A stretch of 64,000 nucleotides of DNA, taken from NCBI RefSeq assembly GCF_053078305.1, contig NZ_CP166879.1, one strand, 5' to 3'. The notes below the pieces were generated by a model. It had not been told where the DNA came from. It was given only the letters and a program-made list of their open reading frames with translations, and searched no databases. The position numbers and the translations under genes were made by a program. Position 1 is the first letter of the stretch, and every line of letters begins with the position of its first letter. This document shows, piece by piece, positions 48,580 to 64,000 of the stretch.

Positions 48580-49125
48580 TTATTTCAGCGTCGGTTTGTC
48601 GGTTAAATGGGCGATTTCTCGGGCGAAATTCGCCACCTGCTCCCAATCGGTATAGACAAATTCTTTGCGCGTATCCGTTTCACCGCCTGACATCTTCATA
48701 ATCAGCTTGATCATAAAACGGTCGTACCAGCGATAACGTGGGTAACGCAGCGCCCCGGCAATGACCGCGCAGCGATCGGGACGCCATTGCGAGTTCATCA
48801 GAAACTTCCGCGCGTAGCTGTTGGTCTGTGGAGTGCGCTTCTCCGGTTTACGCGCCACCAGGTTTACGGAGTAAAAGGCGCTCGGCATCGAATTCAGCCG
48901 CGTCGCATGCTTTTTGACAAATTCCTGGAACGCAGAGTGGTAGTGACCATAGCGAATAGAAGCACCAATGACCACACGGTCGTAGTTTTCCCACTGTGGT
49001 TCTTCAATGCGGTGCACATTGGCGACATCCGCCTGGATCCCCAGTTCTTTCAGTTCCGAAGCCAGGTAGGAGGCAATCTCGCGCGTTTGTCCGTCCCTTG
49101 TTGAGAAAAGAATTAATGTTTTCAC
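48580..49125 (-). CDS. hemG: Protoporphyrinogen IX dehydrogenase (menaquinone-dependent, flavodoxin-like)
   Basis: 181-aa [28 protein letters not shown]…. Confidence 0.95.
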   Translation of the reverse strand: MKTLILFSTRDGQTREIASYLASELKELGIQADVANVHRIEEPQWENYDRVVIGASIRYGHYHSAFQEFVKKHATRLNSMPSAFYSVNLVARKPEKRTPQTNSYARKFLMNSQWRPDRCAVIAGALRYPRYRWYDRFMIKLIMKMSGGETDTRKEFVYTDWEQVANFAREIAHLTDKPTLK

Positions 49126-49136
49126 GTATTACTCCA

Positions 49137-50588
49137 TCATTCACGCCAGAAAGTCGGGGTAAAGAGCACCAGCAATGTAAAGACCTCGAGACGACCAAAC
49201 AGCATGTTGGCAATCAGGATCCATTTAGCCACCGGGTTCATACTGGTAAAGTTATCAGCAACCACGCCAAGCCCCGGCCCCAGGTTATTCAATGTCGCAA
49301 CAACCGAGGCAAAAGCAGAAAAGTCATCCACGCCCGTGGCGATAATCGCCAGCATACTGACAATAAACACCAATGCATAGGCGGAGAAAAATCCCCAAAC
49401 GGCTTCGAGGATACGTTCCGGCAGTGCGCGATTCCCCAGCTTAATGCTATAGACGGCGTTCGGATGCACCAGTCGTTTCAGCTCACGGTTCCCCTGCTTA
49501 AACAGCAGCAGGATGCGGATCACTTTCAGGCCACCGCCCGTTGACCCGGCACAACCGCCGATAAAAGCTGAACATAAAAGCAGTACCGGCAAAAAGAGCG
49601 GCCAGCGGGCAATGCTGTCAGTCGTAAACCCGGCGGTTGTCGCCATCGACACCACCTGGAAAAACGCCTGGTTAATTGTCATCAGCGCCGAACTGTAGAC
49701 ATTATGAAACCACAGTACGAGGGTACAAATAACCACCAGCGTAAACTGTACGCCGATAAACATGCGAAATTCCGGATCGCGCCAATAAACCTTCAGACTA
49801 CGCCCACTTAACAGTGAAAAGTGCAGACCGTAGTTACAGCCGGAGATCAGCAGGAAGATAGCAATGATAGTGTTAATAGTCGGGCTATCGAAATAACCGA
49901 TACTGGCATCATGTGTCGAGAAGCCGCCAATAGCGATAGTCGCAAAGCTATGGCCGATGGCATCAAAGGCATCCATTCCGGCAAACCACAACGCCAGCGC
50001 ACAGGCGACGGTCAGCAAGACATAAATCAACCACAGGGTTTTCGCCGTTTCCGCAATTCGCGGGCGCATTTTGTTATCTTTCAGCGGGCCGGGCATTTCT
50101 GCGCGATAGAGCTGCATCCCACCCACGCCGAGGATAGGCAGTATCGCAACCGCTAACACGATGATCCCCATCCCGCCAAACCATTGCAGCATCTGGCGAT
50201 AAAAGAGGATGGCATGAGGGAGCGAATCCAGCCCCACCAGCGTAGTGGCCCCGGTGGTGGTCAGGCCAGAGAAAGATTCAAAAAACGCATCGGTAATCGT
50301 GAGGTTCGGGCTTTCCGAGAAAATAAAAGGGAGCGCACCGACACTACCCAGCACGGTCCAGAACAGCACCACTATCAGAAACCCCTCACGGGATTTCAGT
50401 TCGCCCTTCTCTTTGCGGTTCGGCCACCACAGCATAGAGCCAATGGCGAGGGCGACAAAAAAGGTCTGGGTAAAAGCGCGGCCCGCTCCATCCCGGTAGA
50501 TGAGTGCTACCAGCCCAGGGATAATCATGGTCCCTGAAAATAAGATGACCAGTAGTCCAACGATTCGGGTAATGGCGCGAAAATGCAT
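49137..50588 (-). CDS. trkH: Trk-system potassium uptake protein TrkH
   Basis: 483-aa polytopic membrane ORF, conserved position next to hemG. Confidence 0.95.
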   Translation of the reverse strand: MHFRAITRIVGLLVILFSGTMIIPGLVALIYRDGAGRAFTQTFFVALAIGSMLWWPNRKEKGELKSREGFLIVVLFWTVLGSVGALPFIFSESPNLTITDAFFESFSGLTTTGATTLVGLDSLPHAILFYRQMLQWFGGMGIIVLAVAILPILGVGGMQLYRAEMPGPLKDNKMRPRIAETAKTLWLIYVLLTVACALALWFAGMDAFDAIGHSFATIAIGGFSTHDASIGYFDSPTINTIIAIFLLISGCNYGLHFSLLSGRSLKVYWRDPEFRMFIGVQFTLVVICTLVLWFHNVYSSALMTINQAFFQVVSMATTAGFTTDSIARWPLFLPVLLLCSAFIGGCAGSTGGGLKVIRILLLFKQGNRELKRLVHPNAVYSIKLGNRALPERILEAVWGFFSAYALVFIVSMLAIIATGVDDFSAFASVVATLNNLGPGLGVVADNFTSMNPVAKWILIANMLFGRLEVFTLLVLFTPTFWRE

Positions 50589-50626
50589 CTCTGCCGCTTC
50601 CTTAGTTCTGCAAAACGAAGTGGGGA

Positions 50627-51241
50627 TTATTCTTCAATCGCTAACAATTGCAATGAACCACGGCTAAAATCCGCCAGCTTTGCGGAAAATTCAGCCACTT
50701 TCGCCGCCGGAAGCGCCACCCGCAGCAGAACGAATGCCTGATAATCACTGTTGATAATTTTGCCGTCACACTGCCCCAGCAACGCTTCAATGCCGGTTAA
50801 CTGATGATATTCACATTGCAAAGTATATTCGGTTAATGGCGTCTTGCGTTGGGTCGTTAGCTGGCGCAGCGCCTGATTCACGCCGCCGCCATACGCTTTC
50901 ACTAACCCACCGGTGCCAAGCAATATGCCGCCGTAGTAGCGCACCACCACAGCGGTAATTTCCCCAACGCCGCTGCCCATTAGCTGGGCGAGCATCGGTT
51001 TACCTGCCGTTCCCGCCGGCTCCCCGTCGTCAGAGAAACCCAGCTGTTGAGAATCATCCGGCGCACCCGCCACCCACGCCACGCAATGGTGGCGGGCATC
51101 GGGGTGTTCTGCCCGCACCGATTCAACAAACGCTTTCGCCGCCTCAACGCCATCGGTATGCGCCAACATCGTTATGAAGCGGCTTTTTTTGATCTCTTCA
51201 ACGACCGTGACCGGTGCCGCAGGAATTAACCAGCTTTCCAT
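50627..51241 (-). CDS. yigZ: IMPACT-family protein YigZ
   Basis: About 204-aa ORF; 5' end overlaps the pepQ stop. Confidence 0.88.
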   Translation of the reverse strand: MESWLIPAAPVTVVEEIKKSRFITMLAHTDGVEAAKAFVESVRAEHPDARHHCVAWVAGAPDDSQQLGFSDDGEPAGTAGKPMLAQLMGSGVGEITAVVVRYYGGILLGTGGLVKAYGGGVNQALRQLTTQRKTPLTEYTLQCEYHQLTGIEALLGQCDGKIINSDYQAFVLLRVALPAAKVAEFSAKLADFSRGSLQLLAIEE

Positions 51242-52572
51242 CACGCCAGTTTCAGATCCCGGGTCATGTTTTCCACGTTATTTTCGTGGATCACCACGTT
51301 GTCTTCGATACGAATGCCGCCGAACGGTTTCAGTGCTTCAATTTTCTGCCAGTTGAAGTGCTTGCTGAACTGCCCTTCACGCCACGGTGCCAGTAGCGAT
51401 TCAATGAAGTAGATACCCGGTTCGATGGTTAACACCATGCCCGGCTGGAGAATACGGGTGCAGCGCAGGTACGGATATTTTGCCGGTGCCGCGAGGTGCG
51501 TACCGCTATCATCCTGCATAAAACCGGCGACGTCATGCACCTGCAGGCCCAGCGGATGGCCGATACCGTGCGGCATAAACGGTCCGGTGAGATCGTTTTC
51601 GACCATCGCTTCTTCACTCATATCGGTGATGATTTGATGTTTACGCAGCAATTTGGCGATGCGCTGATGGAACTGGATGTGGTAATCCACATAGCTAACG
51701 CCAGCTTTCATGGTCGCGATCAGCGCCAGTTGTTCATCATTTACGTCTTTCACCAGCTGTGCGTAATCGTTGTCACTTTTTGCCGACCAGGTACGGGTCA
51801 GGTCAGCGGCATAGCCGTTATATTCGGCCCCGGCATCCAGCAGGAAGCTGCGCATCTCTTCCGGCGCCTGATGATCCAGTTTGGTGTAATGCAGCACCGC
51901 AGCGTGTTCGTTGAGTGCCACAATGTTGCTGTAAGGTACGTCGGTATCACGATGACCGGTCGCAGTCAGATAGGCAATATTGATATCGAACTCGCTCATG
52001 CCAGAACGGAACGCTTCTTCTGCCGCGCGATGACCGTTGACCGCCATTTTCTGCGCTTCACGCATACAGGCCAGCTCGTACTCGGTTTTGAAGGAGCGGT
52101 AGTAATGCAGGTAGTCGATAACCCCTTTCGGGTTGATATTGCTGGCCTCAATACCCAGTTGCAGCGCACGCTCCGGCACCGGACCGATATAACCGATATT
52201 GCCGCGCGCAGCAGGCAGCAGGCTACCAATGCCATCGGCTTTCGGCAGCGCGATCACTTCCACATCTTCAGTCCAGAAGGAGGTCGGCAGCGGTTCGACG
52301 TTGTGCCAGTAATCAACCGGCAGATAAAACCACAGTTTCGGCTTGTTCACGCCATCCACCAGCAACCAGCAGTTTGGCACCTGAGTTACCGGCACCCACG
52401 CTTTGAATTGCGGGTTCACTTTAAACGGATAGGGATGATCGTCGAGAAAAACATTGAACAGTTCGCCGGAGTGAATAAGTAACGCATCCAGCTTGAAGCG
52501 CGTCAGCGCATCGCGAGTTCGTTCCTGCAATGTAGCTATATGATTTTTATAGAGCGAGGCCAGTGATTCCAT
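51241..52572 (-). CDS. pepQ: Xaa-Pro dipeptidase (prolidase)
   Basis: 443-aa M24B metallopeptidase ORF with His/Asp/Glu metal-ligand blocks ([20 protein letters not shown]). Confidence 0.95.
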   Translation of the reverse strand: MESLASLYKNHIATLQERTRDALTRFKLDALLIHSGELFNVFLDDHPYPFKVNPQFKAWVPVTQVPNCWLLVDGVNKPKLWFYLPVDYWHNVEPLPTSFWTEDVEVIALPKADGIGSLLPAARGNIGYIGPVPERALQLGIEASNINPKGVIDYLHYYRSFKTEYELACMREAQKMAVNGHRAAEEAFRSGMSEFDINIAYLTATGHRDTDVPYSNIVALNEHAAVLHYTKLDHQAPEEMRSFLLDAGAEYNGYAADLTRTWSAKSDNDYAQLVKDVNDEQLALIATMKAGVSYVDYHIQFHQRIAKLLRKHQIITDMSEEAMVENDLTGPFMPHGIGHPLGLQVHDVAGFMQDDSGTHLAAPAKYPYLRCTRILQPGMVLTIEPGIYFIESLLAPWREGQFSKHFNWQKIEALKPFGGIRIEDNVVIHENNVENMTRDLKLA

Positions 52573-52719
52573 TTTTTACCCTTCTGTTTTTTTGACCTTT
52601 AGTCTCCGCATCTTAGCACATCGTTCATCCAGAGCGTGATTTCTGCCGAGCGTGATCAGATCGGCATTTCTTTAATCTTTTATTTGCATATTTTTAACAC
52701 AAAATACACACTTCGACTC

Positions 52720-52736
52720 ATCTGGTACGACCAGAT
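52720..52736 (+). promoter_or_regulatory. FadR operator in the fadBA promoter
   Basis: atctggtacgaccagat palindrome matching the FadR box, 25 bp upstream of the fadB ATG. Confidence 0.8.
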
Positions 52737-52761
52737 CACCTTGCGGATTCAGGAGACTGAC

Positions 52762-54951
52762 ATGCTTTACAAAGGCGACACCCTGTACCTTGACTGGCTG
52801 GAAGATGGCATTGCCGAACTGGTATTTGATGCCCCAGGTTCAGTTAATAAACTCGACACTGCGACCGTCGCCAGCCTCGGCGAGGCCATCGGCGTGCTGG
52901 AACAGCAATCAGATCTAAAAGGGCTGCTGCTGCGTTCGAACAAAGCAGCCTTTATCGTCGGTGCTGATATCACCGAATTTTTGTCCCTGTTCCTCGTTCC
53001 TGAAGAACAGTTAAGTCAGTGGCTGCACTTTGCCAATAGCGTGTTTAATCGCCTGGAAGATCTGCCGGTGCCGACCATTGCTGCCGTCAATGGCTATGCG
53101 CTGGGCGGTGGCTGCGAATGCGTGCTGGCGACCGATTACCGTCTGGCGACGCCGGATCTGCGCATCGGTCTGCCAGAAACCAAACTGGGCATCATGCCGG
53201 GCTTTGGCGGTTCTGTACGTATGCCACGTATGCTGGGCGCTGACAGTGCGCTGGAAATCATTGCCGCCGGTAAAGATGTCGGCGCGGATCAGGCGCTGAA
53301 AATCGGTCTGGTGGATGGCGTAGTCAAAGCAGAAAAACTGGTTGAAGGCGCGATGGCGGTTTTACGCCAGGCCATTAACGGCGACCTTGACTGGAAAGCG
53401 AAACGTCAGCCGAAGCTGGAACCGCTAAAACTGAGCAAGATTGAAGCCACCATGAGCTTCACCATCGCTAAAGGGATGGTCGCACAAACGGCGGGGAAAC
53501 ATTATCCGGCCCCCATCACCGCAGTAAAAACCATTGAAGCTGCGGCCCGTTTTGGTCGTGAAGAAGCTCTAAACCTGGAAAACAAAAGTTTTGTCCCGCT
53601 GGCGCATACCAACGAAGCTCGCGCACTGGTCGGCATATTCCTTAACGATCAATATGTAAAAGGCAAAGCGAAGAAACTCACCAAAGACGTTGAAACCCCG
53701 AAACAGGCCGCTGTGCTGGGCGCAGGCATTATGGGCGGCGGCATCGCTTACCAGTCTGCGTGGAAAGGCGTGCCGGTTGTCATGAAAGATATCAACGACA
53801 AGTCGTTAACCCTCGGCATGACCGAAGCCGCGAAACTGCTGAACAAGCAGCTTGAGCGCGGCAAGATCGATGGTCTGAAACTGGCTGGCGTGATCTCTAC
53901 AATCCACCCAACGCTCGACTACGCCGGGTTTGACCGCGTGGATGTTGTGGTAGAAGCGGTTGTCGAAAACCCGAAAGTGAAAAAAGCCGTACTGGCAGAA
54001 ACCGAGCAGAAAGTACGCCCGGATACCGTGCTGGCGTCTAACACTTCAACCATTCCTATCAGCGAACTGGCCAACGCGCTGGAACGTCCAGAAAACTTCT
54101 GCGGGATGCACTTCTTTAACCCGGTCCACCGAATGCCGTTGGTAGAAATAATTCGCGGCGAGAAAAGCTCCGACGAAACCATCGCGAAAGTCGTCGCCTG
54201 GGCGAGCAAGATGGGTAAAACGCCGATTGTGGTTAACGATTGCCCCGGCTTCTTCGTCAACCGCGTGCTGTTCCCGTATTTCGCCGGTTTCAGCCAGTTG
54301 CTGCGCGACGGCGCGGATTTCCGCAAGATCGACAAAGTGATGGAAAAACAGTTTGGCTGGCCGATGGGTCCGGCATATCTGCTGGATGTCGTGGGCATTG
54401 ACACCGCGCATCACGCTCAGGCGGTGATGGCAGCAGGCTTCCCGCAGCGGATGCAGAAAGATTATCGCGATGCCATCGACGCGCTGTTTGATGCCAACCG
54501 CTTTGGTCAGAAGAACGGCCTCGGTTTCTGGCGTTATAAAGAAGACAGCAAAGGTAAGCCGAAGAAAGAAGAAGACGCCGCTGTTGACGACCTGCTGGCA
54601 GAAGTCAGCCAGCCGAAGCGCGATTTCAGCGAAGAAGAGATTATCGCCCGCATGATGATCCCGATGGTCAACGAAGTGGTGCGCTGTCTGGAGGAAGGCA
54701 TTATCGCCACTCCGGCAGAAGCGGATATGGCGCTGGTCTACGGCCTGGGCTTCCCTCCGTTCCACGGCGGCGCGTTCCGCTGGCTGGACACCCTCGGTAG
54801 CGCAAAATACCTCGATATGGCACAGCAATATCAGCACCTCGGCCCGCTGTATGAAGTGCCGGAAGGTCTGCGTAATAAAGCGCGTCATAATGAACCGTAC
54901 TATCCCCCGGTTGAGCCAGCCCGTCCGGTTGGCGACCTGAAAACGGCTTAA
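52762..54951 (+). CDS. fadB: Fatty acid oxidation complex alpha subunit (enoyl-CoA hydratase / 3-hydroxyacyl-CoA dehydrogenase)
   Basis: 729-aa ORF from [23 protein letters not shown]; contains the NAD-binding [10 protein letters not shown] motif. ORF track starts 126 nt further upstream. Confidence 0.95.
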   Translation: MLYKGDTLYLDWLEDGIAELVFDAPGSVNKLDTATVASLGEAIGVLEQQSDLKGLLLRSNKAAFIVGADITEFLSLFLVPEEQLSQWLHFANSVFNRLEDLPVPTIAAVNGYALGGGCECVLATDYRLATPDLRIGLPETKLGIMPGFGGSVRMPRMLGADSALEIIAAGKDVGADQALKIGLVDGVVKAEKLVEGAMAVLRQAINGDLDWKAKRQPKLEPLKLSKIEATMSFTIAKGMVAQTAGKHYPAPITAVKTIEAAARFGREEALNLENKSFVPLAHTNEARALVGIFLNDQYVKGKAKKLTKDVETPKQAAVLGAGIMGGGIAYQSAWKGVPVVMKDINDKSLTLGMTEAAKLLNKQLERGKIDGLKLAGVISTIHPTLDYAGFDRVDVVVEAVVENPKVKKAVLAETEQKVRPDTVLASNTSTIPISELANALERPENFCGMHFFNPVHRMPLVEIIRGEKSSDETIAKVVAWASKMGKTPIVVNDCPGFFVNRVLFPYFAGFSQLLRDGADFRKIDKVMEKQFGWPMGPAYLLDVVGIDTAHHAQAVMAAGFPQRMQKDYRDAIDALFDANRFGQKNGLGFWRYKEDSKGKPKKEEDAAVDDLLAEVSQPKRDFSEEEIIARMMIPMVNEVVRCLEEGIIATPAEADMALVYGLGFPPFHGGAFRWLDTLGSAKYLDMAQQYQHLGPLYEVPEGLRNKARHNEPYYPPVEPARPVGDLKTA

Positions 54952-56124
<1,173 letters not shown>

Positions 56125-56129
56125 CCACT

Positions 56130-56250
56130 TGCCGGATGCGGCGTGAACGCCTTATCCGGTCTACCGATCCGGCACCAATGTAGGCCTGATAAGACGCGCC
56201 AGCGTCGCATCAGGCATCGTGTGCCGAATGCCGGATGCGACATAGATCTA
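56130..56250. repeat. BIME/REP cluster downstream of fadA
   Basis: gccggatgcggcgtgaacgccttatccgg…gtaggcctgataagacgcgccagcgtcgcatcaggc…gccggatgcgac. Confidence 0.8.
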
Positions 56251-56287
56251 AATGCCACTGAATAAAGTTTTAGTTGCCGTTCTTCCC

Positions 56288-56310
56288 GCCTGTCAGGGGC
56301 GGGTTTTTTT
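56288..56310 (+). terminator. Rho-independent terminator (fadBA operon)
   Basis: Hairpin cccgcctgtcaggggcggg followed by ttttttt. Confidence 0.7.
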
Positions 56311-56315
56311 ATATC

Positions 56316-57017
56316 TCAGATAAATGCAAACGCATCGCCAAACAGGCGATCTTCCCGCGCATTACGCTCACTGCAAAACAGGTCACGGGCAATTTTCGCC
56401 ATCTCAAAACGTCCGGCAATATAGATATCATGCTCTGCCAGCGTACCGTGATCCTGCAATACCGCCGTTAACACGGTGCCAGTACGCCCACGCCAGCCCG
56501 CTTCCGGTTGTTCAACCACCGGCACCACTTGCAGACCAGGATGCTTCAACGAAAGCGCCTCAAGCTCGCAGAGATCATACAGATGCTGCTCTTCACGCCC
56601 GCCCCAGTAAATGGTGATATCACGGTTTGGGTTACGCGCCAACGCTGTCAGCAAAATCGAGCGGGCATAAGAGAACCCGGTGCCGCCCGCAATCAAAATC
56701 ATCGGACGCTCTTCATCATCGCGCAGCCACGCTTCTCCGTGGGGAATATCGACCACGATTTGATGATCTTTGAGGATGCGGTCCATGACTGCTTTCGCGT
56801 AAAGGTTGATTTCAGAAGCGCCAATATGCAGCTCGATAAACCCTTTTTCATCCGGCGTCGAGGCCATTGAGAACGGACGTTTGTCGCGCTCATCCATCAC
56901 TACCATCAAATACTGACCAGCACGAAAAGAAAAGGCCGCGTCTGGCACGATGCGGACACGATATACGGTATCCGTGATAGCTTCTACCGAGGTCACTTTA
57001 CAGCTTAAGGTTGTCAT
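56316..57017 (-). CDS. fre: NAD(P)H-flavin reductase
   Basis: 233-aa ORF from [24 protein letters not shown]-like flavin reductase fold motifs (RPFSMAS). ORF track starts 33 nt upstream. Confidence 0.93.
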
Positions 57018-57062
57018 GCGCTTTCTCTGTCGGATCGATAAATAGGGCAAAACAAACGCGCA

Positions 57063-58556
57063 TCAGGCGCTTTTACCGTTGTTAAAAATAGCCAGTTCAT
57101 CCCAGATGGCGTCAATATGCGCGACAACATCTGGATCTTTTTTGATGGGACGTCCCCATTCACGCTGGGTTTCCCCCGGCCATTTATTCGTGGCATCCAG
57201 CCCCATTTTTGAACCCAGCCCGGAGACAGGCGAGGCAAAATCCAGATAATCAATAGGCGTATTTTCTACCAGAACAGTATCCCGCGCCGGGTCCATACGG
57301 GTGGTAATCGCCCAAATCACATCGTTCCAGTCGCGTGCGTTGACGTCATCATCGCAAACGATCACAAATTTAGTGTACATAAACTGGCGTAAGAACGACC
57401 AGACGCCCATCATGACGCGCTTCGCGTGTCCGGCGTACTGTTTTTTGATTGTCACTACCGCCAGGCGATAAGAGCAGCCTTCCGGCGGCAGGTAAAAATC
57501 GACAATTTCCGGGAACTGTTTTTGCAGAATCGGCACAAACACTTCGTTCAGTGCGACACCCAGCACCGCGGGCTCATCTGGCGGACGCCCGGTATAGGTG
57601 GAATGGTAAATCGCATCTTCACGCTGGGTAATATGCGTCACGGTAAATACCGGGAAACTATCGACTTCATTATAGTAACCGGTGTGGTCGCCATACGGCC
57701 CTTCCGGCGCAGTTTCGCCTTGTTCGATATACCCTTCCAGCACAATCTCCGCACTGGCGGGCACTTCAAGATCATTGGAGATACACTTCACCACTTCGGT
57801 CTTGGTGCCACGTAGCAATCCGGCAAACGCATACTCTGAAAGCGTATCCGGAACGGGAGTGACTGCACCGAGAATCGTGGCGGGATCGGCACCCAGCGCC
57901 ACAGAAACCGGGAAACGTTCGCCCGGATGCGCCGCACACCACTCCTGATAATCCAGCGCGCCGCCGCGATGCGACAGCCAGCGCATAATCAGTTTGTTTT
58001 TACCAATCAGCTGCTGGCGATAAATGCCCAGATTCTGCCGCTCTTTATGCGGGCCGCGCGTCACTGTCAGCCCCCAGGTAATCAGCGGCGCGGCATCTTC
58101 CGGCCAGCAGGTCATAATGGGAATGCGATTGAGATCGACGTCATCGCCAGAGACGATTTTTTGTTGGCAAGGCGCACCACGCAGTCGCTTTGTCGGCATG
58201 TTCAATACTTGCTTAAACTGCGGCAGTTTATCAAACAGGTCGCGGAAACCTTTTGGCGGCTCCGGCTCTTTCAGAAACGCCAATAATTTACCAACTTCAC
58301 GCAGCGCCGAAACATCTTCCTGCCCCATGCCCATCGCCACGCGCTTTGGCGTACCGAACAGGTTGCACAGCACCGGCATTGAGTAGCCTTTAGGGTTTTC
58401 GAACAACAGCGCAGGCCCACCGGCACGCAAAGTGCGGTCAGCAATTTCAGTGATTTCCAGATGCGGATCCACCGGGAGCGTGATACGTTTTAGCTCACCC
58501 TGCTGTTCAAGCAGCGTCAAGAAGTCGCGTAAATCGTTATATTTCATGGCGTCCAT
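57063..58556 (-). CDS. ubiD: 3-octaprenyl-4-hydroxybenzoate decarboxylase
   Basis: 497-aa [28 protein letters not shown]…. Confidence 0.95.
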   Translation of the reverse strand: MDAMKYNDLRDFLTLLEQQGELKRITLPVDPHLEITEIADRTLRAGGPALLFENPKGYSMPVLCNLFGTPKRVAMGMGQEDVSALREVGKLLAFLKEPEPPKGFRDLFDKLPQFKQVLNMPTKRLRGAPCQQKIVSGDDVDLNRIPIMTCWPEDAAPLITWGLTVTRGPHKERQNLGIYRQQLIGKNKLIMRWLSHRGGALDYQEWCAAHPGERFPVSVALGADPATILGAVTPVPDTLSEYAFAGLLRGTKTEVVKCISNDLEVPASAEIVLEGYIEQGETAPEGPYGDHTGYYNEVDSFPVFTVTHITQREDAIYHSTYTGRPPDEPAVLGVALNEVFVPILQKQFPEIVDFYLPPEGCSYRLAVVTIKKQYAGHAKRVMMGVWSFLRQFMYTKFVIVCDDDVNARDWNDVIWAITTRMDPARDTVLVENTPIDYLDFASPVSGLGSKMGLDATNKWPGETQREWGRPIKKDPDVVAHIDAIWDELAIFNNGKSA

Positions 58557-58677
58557 TGTAGCCTCTTAATCTGCGCCCATTATACGGCGTTCATCTTTGC
58601 GATGCTGTAAATTTGTTAAATTAGCGTGAACTCTGACGGTATAACGCAAACCGGGGAATATAATTAACTTAGCGTAA

Positions 58678-59990
<1,313 letters not shown>

Positions 59991-60031
59991 CCTGTACTCC
60001 ATATGACAACCGCCCTGACGGGCGGTTGAAT

Positions 60032-60808
60032 TTATTCTTCAGTTTTTTCGCTTTCTGCTTCAGCGTCGTTTTCCTCTTCCCGATTTCGCCCTTTACCAAC
60101 GTAAAAGCGTGAGAAGAAGACACCGATTTCAAACAGACAGTACATCGGGATCGCCAACAGCGTTTGCGAGAAGACATCCGGCGGCGTCAGCAACATCCCG
60201 ACAACGAATGCACCAACCAGCACATACGGGCGTTTTTTGCGTAAGTCTTCTGGCGAGGTAATCCCCATCCAGCACAGCAGCACAATTGCCACCGGCACTT
60301 CAAAGGAGACACCAAACGCCATAAACAGCGCCATAACGAAGCTTAAATAGCTGGCGATGTCGGTGGATACCTGCACCCCTTCCGGCGCGGTATTGGCAAG
60401 GAAGCCAAATGCCAGCGGAAAGACCACAAAGTAGGCGAACGCCATGCCGATATAAAACAGCAGAGAGCTGGAAACCAGCAGCGGCACCACCAGGCGACGT
60501 TCATGCTTATACAGCGCTGGGGCGATAAATGCCCACACCTGATAGAGAATCACCGGCGCTGACAGAATCAGCGACACCATAAAGGTCAGCTTGATCGGCG
60601 TAAAGAACGGCGAGGCCACGTCGGTGGCGATCATCGTTGAACCTTGCGGCAACTGCTTGATCAATGGCGCGGATACCAGGTGATAGATGTCATTGGCGAA
60701 ATAGACCAGACACAGGAATATCACGATCACCGCGATAATGCAGTTCAGCAGACGCTTACGCAGCTCAATCAGATGCGTGATAAGCGGTTGAGTATCTTCT
60801 ACAGACAT
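60032..60808 (-). CDS. tatC: Twin-arginine translocase subunit TatC
   Basis: 258-aa six-TM ORF, adjacent to tatB. Confidence 0.95.
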
Positions 60809-60810
60809 GT

Positions 60811-61326
60811 TTACGGTTTATCACTCGACGAAGGGGAAGGTGCAGCGGTTTTCGGTTCAGCGTCCGCAGCAGGTTTTACCACCGGCTCTGGCGTGGTTTC
60901 TGGCTTCTGTTCCGGCGAACTGGCCTGCGTTTGTGCAGCGGCAGGCGTTACGCCTTCATGCGCAGCTTCATTGTCTTTCACCACCGGGTTATGGATGGTG
61001 TGCGCTTCATCGCTCGCCTTTTCAGGATCGTTTGCAACGTAGGAACGCTTCATCGACTCCGCGGCCTGGCGTAATTCATCCATCGACGCTTTCAGTTCGG
61101 GCGTCAGGTTAGTGAGGCTCGCCTTTTCAACCTTTTTCAGACTGTCCTGAAACTCCTGGAGTTTTAACTCCTGGGTCAGTTCGTTCTGCACCGTTGTCGC
61201 CAGTGAACGCAACGCGCGGATCCAGCCCGCTACCGTTTTTACCGCCACAGGCAGTCGTTGCGGCCCCAGAACGACGAGGCCGATGATGAACACCAATAGC
61301 AGTTCGCTAAAACCGATATCAAACAC
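60811..61326 (-). CDS. tatB: Twin-arginine translocase subunit TatB
   Basis: 171-aa [32 protein letters not shown]…. Confidence 0.95.
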
Positions 61327-61329
61327 GGA

Positions 61330-61599
61330 TTACACCTGCTCTTTATCGTGGCGCTTCGCGTCTTCTGTTTTAGCCTGTTCCTGATTCGTATCCGCCTGCT
61401 TATCGGCGATAGTTTTCGCAGTAAAATCAGCATCCTGACTGGTTTTATCCTGCTTTGGTTCATCATCGCTCATTGCTTTTTTAAAGCCTTTGATCGACGC
61501 ACCAAGATCGGAACCGATGGAGCCGAGCTTTTTGGTGCCAAAAAGCAGTACAACGATGACGGCAATAATCAATAACTGCCAAATACTGATACCACCCAT
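61330..61599 (-). CDS. tatA: Twin-arginine translocase subunit TatA
   Basis: 89-aa [44 protein letters not shown]…; ORF track starts 42 nt upstream. Confidence 0.95.
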   Translation of the reverse strand: MGGISIWQLLIIAVIVVLLFGTKKLGSIGSDLGASIKGFKKAMSDDEPKQDKTSQDADFTAKTIADKQADTNQEQAKTEDAKRHDKEQV

Positions 61600-61677
61600 A
61601 CATGTTCCTCTGTGGTAGATGATGATTAAACAAAGCCGCATTATACGTTACACGGCCCGCCTTGAGCGATGAAAAAA

Positions 61678-63920
<2,243 letters not shown>

Positions 63921-63935
63921 TTCCGGTCTCCTGTC

Positions 63936-64000
63936 AGAACTTATAACCACGATGCAGCGCCACAACCCCTGCCGTCAGATTGTAGTAGTCGACACTTTCG
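63936..64000 (-). CDS. ubiE: C-terminal fragment of ubiquinone/menaquinone C-methyltransferase UbiE (3' end only; gene continues beyond the window)
   Basis: Minus-strand frame ends …RGYKF followed by TGA at 63936..63938, immediately upstream of ubiJ. Confidence 0.7.

Noticed and set aside
51496-52482. 328-aa plus-strand ORF
   Set aside because: Antisense to pepQ.

Overview
This window is Escherichia coli/Shigella-type chromosome, read in reverse orientation relative to the K-12 reference map, running from inside fdoG to the 3' end of ubiE. All calls are from reading the sequence and the ORF track against remembered protein, rRNA, tRNA and sRNA sequences; no searches were run. Most of it is conserved core: fdoGHI-fdhE, yiiF/yiiE, yiiD, dtd, yihY, yihX, yihN-yihM-yihL, bipA, glnALG, yshB, hemN, yihI, CsrC, engB, Spot 42, polA, yihG, yihF, dsbA, srkA, yihD, mobAB, a complete rrnA-type rRNA operon (16S, tRNA-Ile, tRNA-Ala, 23S, 5S), hemG, trkH, yigZ, pepQ, fadBA, fre, ubiD, rfaH, tatDCBA, ubiB and ubiJ. 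Two accessory regions stand out. The first is an AT-rich insertion of about 2.9 kb between yiiE and yiiD carrying a single 614-aa ORF with a CKSAKDRT (CX5R) motif, which I read as a SopB/IpgD-like phosphoinositide phosphatase; no chaperone, secretion genes or mobility genes accompany it. The second is a remodelled yih (sulfoquinovose-type) locus: divergent yihT/U/V/W-like genes sit in inverted orientation relative to their flanks, and an epimerase, two MFS transporters and a zinc alcohol dehydrogenase interrupted by one in-frame TAA stand where K-12 has yihS, yihQ, yihP, yihO and ompL. Smaller points are the selenocysteine UGA of fdoG at bases 5-7 and duplicated upstream modules in front of the yiiE/yiiF paralogues. 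No CRISPR array, IS element, integrase or prophage gene was seen.
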